Assembly: GCA_033442325.1 (NCBI GenBank) | Contig: JAWQFM010000008.1 | Span: 1,121,037 to 1,185,036 of the forward strand | Direction of reading: 5' to 3' | Origin: Salpingoeca rosetta | Taxonomy: Eukaryota; Protista; Choanoflagellata | DNA: 64,000 nucleotides | Shown: piece after piece, positions 41,100-60,838 of the stretch | Layout: every line of letters begins with the position of its first letter | Position numbering within the stretch: position 1 is the first letter of the stretch | The notes under the pieces: model-generated | The model's input: the letters and a program-made list of their open reading frames with translations, nothing else | Database searches by the model: none | What the model was told of the DNA's origin: nothing | Made by a program: the position numbers and the translations under genes

Positions 41100-42283
41100 G
41101 GTCGGTGTTACTGTTGCCTGGTGGGGAGGAGCAAGCAGTGTATCACGTGGGCGAGTGAGGGTTTGGTGAAGACATCCCACATCAAAACCCCCACTGGATT
41201 GACATGAAGCAAAAGGAACAACCAACCAGCTGTAGTGAACAAGCAAGCAAGCAAGCAAGCCATCCGCTGGCAAAACTCACGTACACGCACACACACGCAT
41301 GCACACACACACACACCCGTGGCAACTGCCACACAAGTAGCAACCCGCAACCTGGAGCGCACCTCGTTCTTGTCCACTTGTCTGTGGTGTGGAGGCCTCT
41401 TCCTCTTCTTCCTCCTCTCCTTCGACTGTGTGCGTTTCCACCTCACTGGTCCGTTGTGTCTCGACACCCAACTCCCCAAACAAAACAAGGCAAAGCAACA
41501 AGCAAGCGACGTTGGTTGTCGGTTGCTGTTGTTGTACGATTTTATTTTTTCAAATTTTTTTTCTCTCTGCAACTGAAGTCAGTCTGGATTGACAATCCTC
41601 CCGTAGCTCCGAAATTTGTGTGAAGATATTCGATAGAATGGCAGAACATTCTTTGGCTGTTTGTTTACGTTTTGGTTTTTGTGGTGGTTGTTTGTTTATG
41701 TTTCCGCTGCACGAGCCACGCACCGCGGCACAGCATACTTGCCGCACACCACCACCAACGCTTGCACCTGCTCTTCGGTTGAGAGAGACAGAGACATCAC
41801 ACACATTCACCCCACCCGAGCCAAACACCACACACCACACACAACAAAACAAGCAAGCAACAGCACCGCAAGCAGTACACGCACCAAACCAAACCAAACC
41901 AAACCAAGCTGCACATTCACTAGCCCTTGTTGGCACACGTCAACTCATTTCCCGCTTTTTGTTGTTCTGAACGAACAAGTCACATCATCGCCCAGCAAGC
42001 ACCCAGCAGACGCCTTCTTCTTTGGTTTCCTTCCTTCCCACGCTATCCTACTCCTCCGTCCAACTAACACTCCACAAGCAGCCAACACCCACACCGTCGT
42101 CCTCCTCATCGTCGTGCTCCTCCTTTGAAGCTCCTCTCCATCCTTCTGCTGCTCCTGCACTGAGCTCTCCTCCTTTTATCGTCAGACTGTCGTCGTTATC
42201 TTCACGACCGCCATTTTGAGACACCATCCATCCAAGTCTCATTCATCATCCAAGACACCTCTCCCACCTCCTCGCGCCCCACA

Positions 42284-42783
42284 ATGAGCTTTGAGTGTAA
42301 GTGCTCGTCTGAGACGTGCATCCGCACTTGTGTTGTTTTTTCATGGCTCGACTGGCTTCCACGCCACGATCCCGTCTGCCCTTTGGTGGTCTATCCGTTA
42401 CCTTGATCCCTGACACGCACGCACACACACACACGCACGCACCCTTGTCGGTGTCCCTTTCACACCCCTTCCCAAACCAGACGTTGGCTCACGCTCTAGC
42501 TCACGCCATCCAAACCATTTGCCTTTCTCTTTTCCAACCGGTGTGCAGTTGTTTCCGTTCCAGCCTTTGCGACACGTCAGCCCCGAGGCCGTGCACGCAA
42601 ATGCCGCCCCCGCAAGCAAGGCGCCGGCCGCGGCGGTTGGGGTCGCCTGGACGACTTTGACATGCAACCGCTCCCCATTGATCAGGAAGACCCAATCTAC
42701 GACGCCACCAACGATGACGACGACGTACGTTCGGATGTCTGTGTGTGCGGGTGTGCGTGTGTTTGTGTGTGTGTGTGTGTGCG

Positions 42784-42828
<45 letters not shown>

Positions 42829-45042
42829 TTGGTTCTGGATGGCATGACGCTCTCACTCACTTGCTTGTAAATCTCACCAAAGTGATCAATGCACCCACCT
42901 ACCTCCATTTTGTCATTCACGCTACTCGCCCCTCCCCCTCTTCTCTCCTTGTCTGCTGCTGCAGGGCTCGACGGAGTGGGTTGAGTCCTACCCAACCTTT
43001 GACGAAAAGACAATTGTGCGCATGCTGCGCGGCTTCATGCAGGAGCTGTTCAGCCACGGTGACGTGACAGAGACACTCCGTGCCTGCGAGCGCGTCAACT
43101 GGCCCGAGTCGAAGCACATTGTCGTCCAGACCATCATCCCCTTTAGCTTCTCCTTCAAGGTCAGACAGAATTCACGATTGTGTGTGTGTGATTGTATGTG
43201 ATTGTGTGTGTGTGTGTTTGTTTGTGTGTGTGTGTGTGATTGTATGTGTGTGTGTGATTGCATGTGATTGTGTGTGTGATTGTGTATCATGCATATGCAC
43301 TTGAGTGTTAGTGTGTATGCGAGTTCTTTTCAGAGGCCGCGATGCAGCATGCTGTCGTTTGCGCCTCACACACATGCACGCTACACGCCCACGACCACTT
43401 GTCTTAAATCAGGATGCGGAGCGTGAGCTGACCTCGACCGTGCTGGCCTACTTTGTCCAGCAGCAGTTCCTCAGTACCGGCGACGTTGAACGGTGTGTTG
43501 CTGTGCGTGTGCATATTGAAAAAAAAAAAAAAACTGCTTTCTGTTTGAAGCGCCCATGGGTTGTTGGGTTGTTGAGTAGTGTGCTGCTGCCACGTCGCGT
43601 CTTGTGCTCACAAGCGCTTCCGTCCCACCCTATCCTTCTCTTCCCCACTGCCTGCCCTTGTCCAAACACAACCAACACCTGACCTCTTGTCCGCCAATCA
43701 GGGGCTTCAACGCGCTGCTGGAGCAACTGCCGTCGCTGCTGCTCGACGCGCCAAAGGCCAGCGAGTACCTGTACAAGTTCATCACGCGCGCGGTGTCGCA
43801 CGGGTGTGTCTCGCACACGTTTGTCTTCCAGCACCCGCTCACGTCGCAAGACGGCCCGCAAGCCGATGTGCTCCACCGCGCCCAGGCCATGCTTACGGCT
43901 CCCCACAACAAGATTCTCATTGACAAGGTAAGAGAGGTAGCCTGGCAGCGGCGAGGGCGAACTTGCCTCCTGTTTGCGTGTGTGTATGTGTGTCTGTGTC
44001 TGTGTCTGTGTCTGTGTCTGTATGCACCTTGTGTGTCTGTGTGTGTATGCACTGTATGCACTGTATGTACCTTGTGTCCTTGTGTCCTTGTGCCCTTGTG
44101 CCCTTGTGTCCTTGTGTCCTTGTGTCCTTGTGCCCTTGTGCCCTTGTGCCCTTGTGTCCTTGTGCCCTTGTGGATTCCTCCACCCTCACATCTTTCTCCA
44201 CCCGCTTCCACCAGATTTGGGGCGACCACGCTGAGTTCCGCGATCTGGGCTTTGCAAAGTCGCGCATCCACACGCTGTTGCAGGAGCTGCTTGTGTCGTC
44301 CGACGTGTCCGAGGCCTGCCGATGCATCCACGACCTCAGCGAGCCACACTTTGTCCACGAGGTGCGCGTGCTTGTGTGCGTGTGTGTGCGTGTGTGTGCG
44401 TGTATGTGCATGCGTATGTGGCACATGCATAACACACGCTGCCCTTCCTTCCCCATGCTGCTTCTCACTTGCGTCCTCGGCTGGTTTGCCGCTACAACCG
44501 TCTCATCCTTCAACTTTCTCCCAACGCCCCACTGGACATGTGTGGATGTTTGCCGTTTCAACAACAGGTTGTTTACCAGGCCGTGTACCTTGCCATGGAG
44601 TGCGGTATGCAGCCACGTGTCCTTGACCTCGTCTGCGAGCTCCTCTCCCGCATGTCCACCAGCGGCCTCTGCTCCAGCGACCAAATGACCATGGTGCGTC
44701 GTGCCTTGAGCTCAACACAGTGCACAGCGAACGGGCTTTGCTGCCTTTGCCATGTCACATCCTGTGCTCTTCATCATTGTTCACCCACCCAAACCACCAC
44801 CACCACCACCACCACCACCAACTCACTCATGTCGGATGTGCATTGCACCAAATGCCATTACCCACACAACAGGGCTTCCGGCGGGTGTACAACGCCCTCG
44901 ATGACATTCTGATTGACCTGCCACACGGCTACCGCCATCTCGCTTACGTTGTGGACGCGTGCTACAACCGTGACGCCATCACCGCCACTTGTGTCCAGGT
45001 GTGTACGAACGAGTGTGTGTGCGTGTGCGTGTGCGTGTGCGT

Positions 45043-45139
<97 letters not shown>

Positions 45140-45512
45140 CGTGTGTGTGTGTGTGTGTGTGTGTTTGCGAGTGAGAGGAAGCGTTCTTCTTTGTGTCTGT
45201 GTGTGTGTGCGGAGTGAGCGGATCGTGTTTCTTTGTCAGTGTGCTTCTTTGTCAGTGTGCTTCTTTATCAGTGTGCTTCTTTGTCAGTGTGCTTCTTTAT
45301 CAGTGTGCTTCTTTGTGCCGTGTGCGTGCTTCCCAACCAATCTCTTCCCCCCCCCCTTCTTTGTATCGCTGCTCCTGCCCCTCTACTCACGTCCTGTTCC
45401 CTCATCCCTCTTCTCCCCAACCCAACAGGAGCTGCCACAGCGCCCGTACCGCCGCCGCCGCGAAATTAGCGAGGCAGAGAGCGAGATGTCCATGGACACC
45501 GACGAGTGGTGA
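42284..45512 (+). CDS. PDCD4: Programmed cell death 4-like translation repressor with two MA3 domains
   Basis: Micro-exon ATGAGCTTTGAGT|gtaagt, then PRKQGAGRGGWG...DQEDPIYD, ELFSHGDVTE, GFNALLEQLPSLLLDAPKASEYLYKFITRAV, LLQELLVSSDVSEACRCIHDLSEPHFVHEVVYQA, QMTMGFRRVYNALDDILIDLP, PQRPYRRRREISE. Confidence 0.9.
44070..44172 (+). repeat. Intronic 8-mer minisatellite (CCTTGTGY)n
   Basis: About a dozen consecutive copies read directly. Confidence 0.9.
45231..45316 (+). repeat. Intronic 16-mer minisatellite (CTTTRTCAGTGTGCTT) x ~5
   Basis: Read directly in the last PDCD4 intron. Confidence 0.9.
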
Positions 45513-45837
45513 AGCGAAGCTTTGCTGGGCTGTGCTTTGCTTTGTGCTCTGTCGCGCTTCAATTCTTCTCCGCTCGTTCACGGCTGGCCACACGGAATTT
45601 GCGCCAAGCGATGGGTGGTTCTTCTGTCCCCTCCCCCCATTGCCGTCATTCTCTTTTCTTCCATGATAATCGTTCTGTTGCTTGCTGGCGAAGCACACAA
45701 CCCCACACCAAGACCCCGCGCTGATAACTGCTTTCTCTTCCTCCTGTTTTGTCTTCTGAACCCCCTTCCTCCTTTGTTGCGTGTTTCACACGGCCTGCTG
45801 ACCCACCAAAGTACTTGATTTGAGCGACAACTTCCTT

Positions 45838-46013
45838 CCAAACAAACAAATAAAACGACTGGCCAACCACCATCCATCCCCACTGTCACCATAATGGCCC
45901 TTGCCTGCTTCCCAGTGCCCACCTCCCAAACAAACAAATAAAACGACTGGCCAACCACCATCCATCCCCACTGTCACCATAATGGCCCTTGCCTGCTTCC
46001 CAGTGTCCACCTC
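45838..46013 (+). repeat. 88-bp tandem duplication, 2 near-identical copies, each with AATAAA
   Basis: ccaaacaaacaaataaaacgactggccaacc...cccagtgYccacctcc starting at 45838 and 45926. Confidence 0.95.
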
Positions 46014-46202
46014 CTTCGCCCTTCCCAATGTCCACCAGCTAGCTCCCAGCACTCTCGTTCATCAGTCCCAGCTCCACTTGCACTAGTCATTCGTGGGCAC
46101 ACGAAATGTGTGTGGTTTTGTCATGTATTGTCCATTTCCACACAGCAGCCCAAGCAACACAAACGACAGCCAAAGAGATGGGGGGAGGCAATGGTGAGGC
46201 AC

Positions 46203-48387
46203 TTAGCGCTTGGCCTTGAGCTTCTTGAGGTAGAACTCAAGCTCCTTACCCTCAAGGATGTAGCCGTCGCAGCGGCCAGACTGGCCAGGGCGAGACGCGA
46301 TGCAAGCTGTGGTGTGTGGTGCGTAGAATGTGTGGCGAGGAGGAGAGACAGGAGCGAGCAAGACGGCAAGAGAAAAGAGGAAGGTGAGAACAAACCCAAT
46401 ACAAGGCAATCATATCGTGGAGACTGCGGTGCACATGACCTGCACATAAACTTTGCCTTACAAAGAAACAACACGGGTGGCTCGAAAGGAAACGATGCTC
46501 ACCAACCCCTCCTCCCACACACACACACAACACACACACAAACGCATACAAGAACCCGGCAGCGCAGTGTACACACCGTAGAGGCGGCCAGAGTTGAACT
46601 GCTCCTCAAGCTTGGGGTCGAGCTTCTGGAACTTCTTGCGGGCGGCGTGCTTCTTCTTCGCCGACTTGGAGAACTGTGTTTCGGGCTCGTTGGCCTTCTT
46701 CTTGCCGAGGTGCACACCGTAGTGGGTCTCGTACCACGACTTGAAGGGGGTGGCATCAATGGCAATGATGGCGTTCTTCACAAGGGTCTTGGTACGCACA
46801 AGCTCGTTGTTGGAGGCGTTGTACACGACTGCAGCACCACCATTTAGCAAAGCAGAGAAGATGAACCAACGGAAGAAATGTGCGAGTCCAATATGGTGGT
46901 TGCATGCGTACAAAACAAACACAAACACAAGCAAGCCGTCAAAACACAGGCCATACAGATACGTCAAGCTGCTACGCCAACAAATCAACAGTGCAGATGC
47001 ATATGCAGAAACACAAACACACCAAATGACAGAGTCAACACACACGCACACACGCTCAAACAAAGACACGCGAGGACGCACCATCGATCAGACGGGTCTT
47101 GCGGGAGACACCCTCGCTGGCCCAGGAGAAGTTGCCGGTCTCCAGACGAAGAGCGCGGAACTTCTGGTTGCCACTGTCATGGGACAAAGGACCAGAGTCG
47201 AACACAACACGCACACGTGCACACACAGTCGGTCATTAGCTTGGCATTGTAAACGTACGGGAACAAACGGAGAAGCGCAAGCAGAGGGCTCAGCACAAAG
47301 CTGAACTGAACACACGAACCCTCCGTGGTGATGTGTTGTGCCCTTTCGCATGGCTTTGGCACTTCAAGCATATGCACCCAAACGAACACACACTTGTGGA
47401 GAAAGCAACGCACACGAAACATAATACGCCACACCCTCTCGCATGGCTTTGTTTGTGCAGAAACTTACCCCATGGTGCGCACGGGACGGATGCGCTTGGG
47501 GCCCATCAGCCTGGTCATGGCTGGGGGACGGCCGAGCTCGTACTTGCGCTTCATGCGGATCGCATTCTTGCGACCGCCGGTGGCGCGGCGCTTGTGGATG
47601 TTGGTTCGCGAGATACCCCTGTTGGAGAAGAAGGAAAACAAAGTCGACGTGAGGAGACGAAACGGATAACGCCAAGAGTGAGAAACCGTGATAGGGAGCA
47701 AATGACAAGAGGTAACGAATGAAAAAGGAGAGATGGTGGTATCTCCCCCCTCCTCCTCAACACACAAACACACACACAACGTGGACGCTCGTGTTCCCCG
47801 CGTCTCTTCGCCTGTCTTTCTATCTTTGTCTTCTCATACACGTTGCTGCTGTTGTTCGTCAACCCAGCGCCGCCTCCAGCATGGCACGTTTCAAGAAACC
47901 ACCAAAGTCACGCTGTCAACCCAACACCATCGTCATCGTCGCCACTGCCATGCTGCATCATCGCGTGCTTGTGGTGCTGTGCTATGCTGGGCTGTCTTCG
48001 CGCACGCCTCAAGAACAAGCCCTCCCACAAACATGCGCAAGCACTGTTGTCTGTCAAGACGGTAACTGCTGATGGTGCGGCTGCTGGCAGTCAAGGAGCC
48101 GCTGTCAGGTACCCAGGCAAGGCTGTGGTCGCTGTTCATGGGCTGTTGGCTGCTGCTGTGGCTGCTGTTGTGGCTGCTTCTCATTCTCTGTCAACTGCAG
48201 TGCACATCTCTCAATATCTCACTCTCTCGCACTCATTCTGACTCGTGTGCGACGCCAGGGTCGCTGTATCCCCCCCCCCGGCTTCTTCCTCCTTGCCTTC
48301 GCGCTCTGCCATGGAGCGACCACCACACAGGAGCAAGCACCACGCGAGCACCACCACTCTCGCCCTTCGCTCGCAAGGTACGCACAT
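46203..48387 (-). CDS. RPS8: 40S ribosomal protein S8 (eS8)
   Basis: [15 protein letters not shown]...[72 protein letters not shown]. Start codon inferred to be split AT|G by intron 47619-48385. Confidence 0.97.
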
Positions 48388-48424
48388 GATCGGCTGTCTT
48401 GAGGGGTCGAGGAGACACACACGC

Positions 48425-48779
48425 GGAAAGGGTGAAAAAGGCACTCTGCTCGGCAGCCGCAGCACAAGAATCGCTTGTCGTTGATGTTTTCCTACAATCG
48501 TCAACAGCGCATGCTGCCTTTGCTTGAATGGCTGGAGCCCGAAAAATCCCACCCAGCCCATATCACGCACGCAAAATAGAGAAAAGCACCCATTTGTAAA
48601 ATCAGACTTCTCCAAATGACGCTTTTCCTCGGTTTTGTCTAAAGCAAATTTGCCTTTCTTCAACCCTGAGCCCAAAGCTCAACCAACACACTCACCCACT
48701 GCGACCGAGCTGCAACCAACAAGAGGAGGAAGCACCACCATCACAATCACAATCACCTCTGCCTCATCTGCTCAACAGC
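48425..48779. promoter_or_regulatory. Putative bidirectional promoter between RPS8 and NDUFS1, including a 5'TOP-like tract
   Basis: Divergent starts ~390 bp apart; minus-strand CCTTTTTCACCCTTTCC at 48441-48425. Confidence 0.55.
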
Positions 48780-51645
48780 ATGCTGCGCGTCGCGTCCTCG
48801 AGCTTGCGGCGGGCCTCCGTCGTGCGCCCACTGGGTCAGTGAGACAGTGTGTACGAGTGAGCGAGAGAGAGAGTGTGTGTGTGTGTGTGTGATGTGTGGT
48901 GCTTGTGTGTGTGATGTGCTTGTGTGTGTGTGTGTGGTGCTTGTGTTGCAGCACCTCAAGTTGCTGATGAAGAGCTCTGCACACCAGTACACCCCCCCCC
49001 CCACACACACACACACACACGCACGCACGCGCACACACACACACACAATCACACATTCCAACTCATGGCCATGAACGTGTACTGCTCGCTGCGCTCTGAC
49101 ACCAACACCACCACCAACACCACTGCCAACAACACCGCCAACAACACCGCCAACAACACCGCCAACAACACCGCCAACAAACCCAAACAGTGGCTGCACG
49201 GAGCTACTCGGAGCCTGCCTCTGATGGCCTGGTGGAGGTGTTTGTAGATGACATCCCGGTGCGCGTGGAGCCAGGCACCACCATCCTCCAGGCGTGCGAG
49301 GAGGCTGGCAAGCAGATCCCCCGCTTCTGCTACCACGAGCGCCTCTCCATCGCTGGCAACTGCCGCATGTGCCTCGTCGAGGTCAGTACCAAGTGATGTG
49401 TGTATGTGTGTATGTGTGTGGGGGGGGGGTGTGCTGGTGGGTGCTGTGGGTGCTGTGGGTGTACGCGCGCTTGTGCATGTGTGAACACCCTATCACTTGT
49501 CCATGTGGTTCAGCGTGATGCATAGCACGCACACACACACACACACACCACTGAGTGTCCTCGCATCACCGAAGCGCTTCCCCTTGTCTACCCACTCACA
49601 GCTATCCCATTCTCTTCTTGTCCTGCTGTCCTTGCACCGCCCAACCTCCCAACCCCCTGACTCAATGCTGCAGGTTGAGAAGTCACCAAAGCCAGTGGCT
49701 TCCTGCGCCATGCCCGTCATGCCTGGCATGAAGGTGCGCACAGACAGCGAGCAGACAAAGAAGGCCAGGGAGGGCGTCATGGAGTTCCTGCTTGTGAACC
49801 ATCCGCTGGACTGCCCCATCTGCGACCAGGGTGGCGAGTGCGACCTCCAGGACCAGTCCATGGCCTTTGGCAGCGACCGCAGCCGCTTCTACATCGCCGA
49901 CGGCAAGCGCGCCGTCGAGAACAAGAACATCGGGCCCCTCATCAAGACCATCATGAACCGCTGCATCCACTGCACCCGCTGCGTGCGCTTTGGCAACGAG
50001 ATTGCCGGCGTGGACGAGCTCGGCACCACGGGCCGCGGTAACGACATGCAGATTGGCACATACATTGAGAAGATGTTCAACTCGGAGCTCTCCGGCAACG
50101 TCATTGACCTGTGCCCCGTGGGTGCGCTCACCTCCAAGCCCTACGCCTTCACCGCGCGCCCTTGGGAGCTGCGCCGCACAGAGTCAGTCGATACCCTGGA
50201 CGCCGTCGGCTCAAACATTGTCGTCAACACCCGCGGTGGCGAGGTCATGCGCATCCTCCCACGCACCAACGACGATGTAAACGAGGTGCGCTTATGGGAG
50301 GACGGGGGTGGCTGTGGAAGAGGGAAAGGTGGAAAGGAAAGGGCTGTGAAGTGGTGTAAGGCTCGTGCCATAAGACTCTGCTGCATCAACGTGTCGCCAA
50401 CCGCTTGTCCTTCCTCCTCCTCAGCCACACACGCAACACACGCCCTCTTTTCACGCCCTCACGCAACTCACGCACACCCCACGCTCACACATCCCGCGCA
50501 CACCCTCACGTTGCTGGATATCAGGAGTGGATCAACGATAAGACCCGCTTTGCGTATGACGGTCTCAAGCGCCAGCGCCTGACCACCCCTTACGTCAAGC
50601 AGAACGGTGTGTGTGTCTGTGGGTGTCTGTCTGTCTGTCTGTCTGTTTGTGTGGATGTGAGTGGGTGTATGGGTGGGTGTCTGTCTGTGGGTGTGTGCTG
50701 CACTTAATTTGAGTGAGCCGTGTTTCACTTGAGGTGCTTCTGCTTCCGTCGCTGCTCACCCTTACCCCCTTGCGATTTCATGTTCATTTCGCTCCCCACG
50801 TCTGTTGCTCGTTGCAGGCCGCCTGGCCGAGGCTGATTGGAGCACGGCGCTTGCAACGGCGCTGGTCACGCTGTCCAACGCCAAGAGCCCGGCCGTTGTG
50901 GCCGGCAGCCAGGCCGACGCCGAGGCCCTCATTGCCGCTAAGGACTTCCTCACCAGCAACTACGACGCCAACACTTTTGTGACCGAGCAGCGCATTCCAC
51001 AGACACAGGGCGGCTCTGACTTCCGCACCAACTACCTCTTCAACACGTCCATTGCAGACATTGAGGAGACAGACCTCCTGCTCCTTGTCGGCACCAACCC
51101 GCGCTTCGAGGGCTCCCTCATCAACGCCCGCATCCGCAAGGCATGGATGCAGAACGAGCTTGACGTTGCCATGGTCGGCGACAAGGTCGACCTCACCTAC
51201 GAATACGACCACCTCGGTGCGTGTGCGCCGCATGTGTACTTGTCACATCAAAGTGCTCACTTGTGTACATGCGTACATGGGCATTGTGTCACCACTTTGT
51301 CAGCCTGAAACGGGCACCCCCCCCCCTTAATACGCACACGCACATGCACGCACACGCACATGTGATGCAAGCTGTTTACTGCCATTCCTCACCACCCTTG
51401 TCTTTGGCGTCTGTTCCTGCTCCGTGCATCTGCGTTTTGTGAAACAGGCGATACGGTTCAGACACTGCAGGACATTGCCTCTGGCAAGCACGCGTTCAGC
51501 AAGCAGTGGAAGGCGGCCAAGCGTCCCATGATTGTTGTTGGGTCTGCTGCCCTTGAGGGCGAGCATGGCGATGCCCTCTTTGACCTCTCCTCCAAAATCG
51601 CCCAGCAGAGCCAGGTACAAACACACCACCACCAGCTGCTGCAGC

Positions 51646-51733
<88 letters not shown>

Positions 51734-52057
51734 GCTGTTGTTGCTGTTGTTGTTGCTGCTGCTGCTGCTTGGTCGAACGATGAGGAGCTTTGTTTTGTGT
51801 TTGTGTTCCTGTTTGATGTGAATTTTTGTGTGTGCGTACAACACCTACACCAACACGCTCGTCTCACGCGTCGGGTGTCTGTCCGTGCATGGTTGGCGTG
51901 CAACCCAAACAGGCGTTTGGCAGCGGCGAGTGGCGTGTGTTCAACGTTCTCCAGCGCTCTGCAGGTCAGGTTGCCGCCCTCGACCTCGGCTACACCTCCG
52001 CCTCCCTCAAGGGTCCGTATGCTCGCATGCTTACTGGGTGTATGCGTGACAGAGATA

Positions 52058-52110
<53 letters not shown>

Positions 52111-53371
52111 AGTCGTGCGCGTGAACATATGTGTCTCTGCTGTCGCGACGGGTCAGCGTGTGCTCATCGGGTGCTCATCGGGTGCAATCGTGTTTTCTCC
52201 TGCCTGCAAACAGATGCCGATGTTGTCTGGCTGATGCACGCCGACCAGTTTGATGAGAAGGAGCTCGAGGGCAAGACCGTCATCTACCAAGGTTACTACG
52301 CGTGTGTGTGTGCGTGTGCGTGCGTGTGTATGCGTGTGCGTGCGTGTGCGTGCATGTGCGTGTGTGTATGTTGTTGCAAAGGGCTCGCATATCTGTCCTT
52401 CCACCCACTCCTCTCAACGTGTGTGCACCAACAACACCGTCGTTGCAGGCTCCCACGGCGATAAGGGTGCGCAGTTTGCTGACATCATCCTTCCTGGTGC
52501 CGCATACACGGAGAAGGACGGCACCTTTGTTAACACTGGTATGTGCTCCCTTACACACGCCGTGTATTTTGACCTCGTGGAGACGATCCATTGTCTGTGG
52601 CCTCCCTTGTTTGATCTTGCCCACTCACACCCGCGGCCCCACCATGGATGGCCTACACCTCACCCCACCACTCCTCTCCCATCATCTCACACCATCTCAC
52701 ACCACCTCGCCATCTTGCCGTCACGCCGTCACGCCCTTTGCCTGGATTGGCTGTCGCTTCTTGTGATGCAGAGGGCCGTGTGCAGACCACCCGCACCGCC
52801 GTCACCCCGCCCGGCGATGCCCGCGTCGACTGGGAGATTGTCCGCGCCCTTTCCTCGGTGCGTACTTGTATTACAACCTGCCACACAGTGCAGGTGCTTG
52901 TTGTATGCAGCCATCAACCGTCCTGCCCTGCTTCACTCAGCAATTGTGCTATGTTTGAATGCCTTATGACAACAACATTCATTGCATTGCAATCGCATTT
53001 GGTTGAGCGCCTTCGTTTTGTTGTTGTAACCATCCTCTTCGTTAACAATCGTCAACACTCGTTAATAATCCCCCCTCCCTACTGTTTGCTTCTGACGCAC
53101 TTGCAGTTGACGGAGAAGCCACTTCCGTACGACACCCTCGGTGCTGTGCGCGCCCGCCTGGCACAAGTTGCCCCCCACTTTGCAAGCTATGATGTCCTCC
53201 AACCCGCCAACTTTGCCAAGATTGCCGCCGCACACGCAGCAAACAAGCCAGGTGTGCTGCCCGTCCCATGTGTTTTGAACACCGCATGTCAACATGCGAT
53301 CTTGGTCGTTGCTTCCTCTCTCGGTCCTTCTCTTTCTTCAGCCCTCACCACCGCCACCACCACCACCACCG

Positions 53372-53422
<51 letters not shown>

Positions 53423-53729
53423 TTTGTGTGTCTGTGCCTTCAGCGCCGGCTGATCTCCCTCTGGCAGTCCAGCAGAAGCAGCTCAAGGACTTTTACATGA
53501 CAGACCCCATCTCCCGCTCATCTCTGGTGCGTACACATTTCCTCGTGTGTCTGGTCTTGTCTTGCTGCGCCATGCCTTCCCCCGCCGGTCTGTCCCCTGT
53601 GGTGGTGCGGTGTGCTGGCTCACGTGTGACTCCCCTGCAACTGTGTGTCTCTCGCCCCGCTGTGTGTTGCAGACGATGGCCAAGTGCGTCAAGGCAACTC
53701 AGAGGGTCGACCCCGACAAGAACTTCTGA
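48780..53729 (+). CDS. NDUFS1: NADH:ubiquinone oxidoreductase 75 kDa Fe-S subunit with mitochondrial targeting peptide
   Basis: Presequence [18 protein letters not shown]; [105 protein letters not shown]. All junctions GT-AG and in frame. Confidence 0.98.
51632..51770 (+). repeat. Intronic (TTG/CTG)n trinucleotide tract in NDUFS1
   Basis: Read directly; a similar intronic tract lies at 57568-57663. Confidence 0.9.
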
Positions 53730-54301
53730 TGACGCTCGTATTCACATCAAGCTCGAAGCGTGACACGCCACCCATCCACTGCCACCACCACGACGAGAAC
53801 GAGATGGGCGCAAGGAGTGGAGTGGAGGATGAACATCAAAGATCAGAATACAGAGACAGTGTGGTGGTGGTGGCGGCGGCGATGAAGGATTTCGTGGCTA
53901 TGACGAACCCGCACCAGGAGTACAAACGTGGCGTGATGGTGTGTGTCTGTGTGTGTGTGTGTGTGTGTGCGTCTTGAGCAGTTATCGACATGAGAGAGAG
54001 TGTGTGTGTGTGTGTGTGTGTTTGAGTTATGTGTTTTGTGCGTGTGTGCGTGCGTGTGCTCTTCCTTCGTTTTGGTGCTGCTCTTCATATCGTTGCATCT
54101 TGTGTTGGGTTGCTGTATCTTTGCAATACAAGATGAAGACGAGATCAACGTCACAAGAACGAGGGTAAGCGAAAAGGGGGAAGGAAGGGACGCACGGTGA
54201 TGTGATGTGACGACAACGCAGCTTGTGCAATCACGCCCCGCCCACGATACAACACAATCAGCACAGAGCATCAGTACAAGTCACACATGCGTGCGCGTTG
54301 G

Positions 54302-60173
<5,872 letters not shown>

Positions 60174-60838
60174 CCTTCCAGCGATCGCTCACACGCGCAG
60201 AGGATGAGGGCTCGCGGTTGGGCCGTTGGTATTGCGGGTTTGTGTATGTGTGTATATATGTACGTATGCGCGTGTATGGGAGAAGGGCCTTCCTCTTCCT
60301 TGCCCACTTGCTCGCTCGCTTGCGTTTGGTTGCTTTTGTGGCCCAGTTCGGCAAGCGGCGCACCACGGCAAGTCCGGATGACAACCACTGCTGCTCCTTG
60401 GTCACAAGAAGTGACAAGAGTACCGAGAAGAAGGGCGGGGTAGACAGTTGTGACAACCGCACACACAGAAGAAGAAGATCTGGGAACACGTAGGGAAGAC
60501 GCTGCCACAGATAGAGTCAGAGAGAGAGATGAAGAGAGAGACAGAGAGAGACAGAAGTGGACACGAGGGGGGGGGGGGATGTGGTGCTGGTGTGATGATG
60601 GTTGGTGGTGAGGTTTGAAAAGAAGAAGAAAACACAAACACACAAGCAAACGCACCACCAGAAAGAGGAAAACGGCCACCCTTGAGTGTAGAATGATTGT
60701 CATATCTTCAGTGCATTTTCTTGCGCCTTCCAACGAAACAGCACAAACAAACAAACCAACTCACTGCCCTCAAACACCCCTCCCCAGTCGCTTCCCCACT
60801 CGCTTCCTCACTCGCTTCCTCACACGCTCGCGACGAAG

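Noticed and set aside
45838-46013. CRISPR-like or LTR-like direct repeat
   Set aside because: Two abutting copies with no spacer, no cas or RT genes, eukaryotic context.
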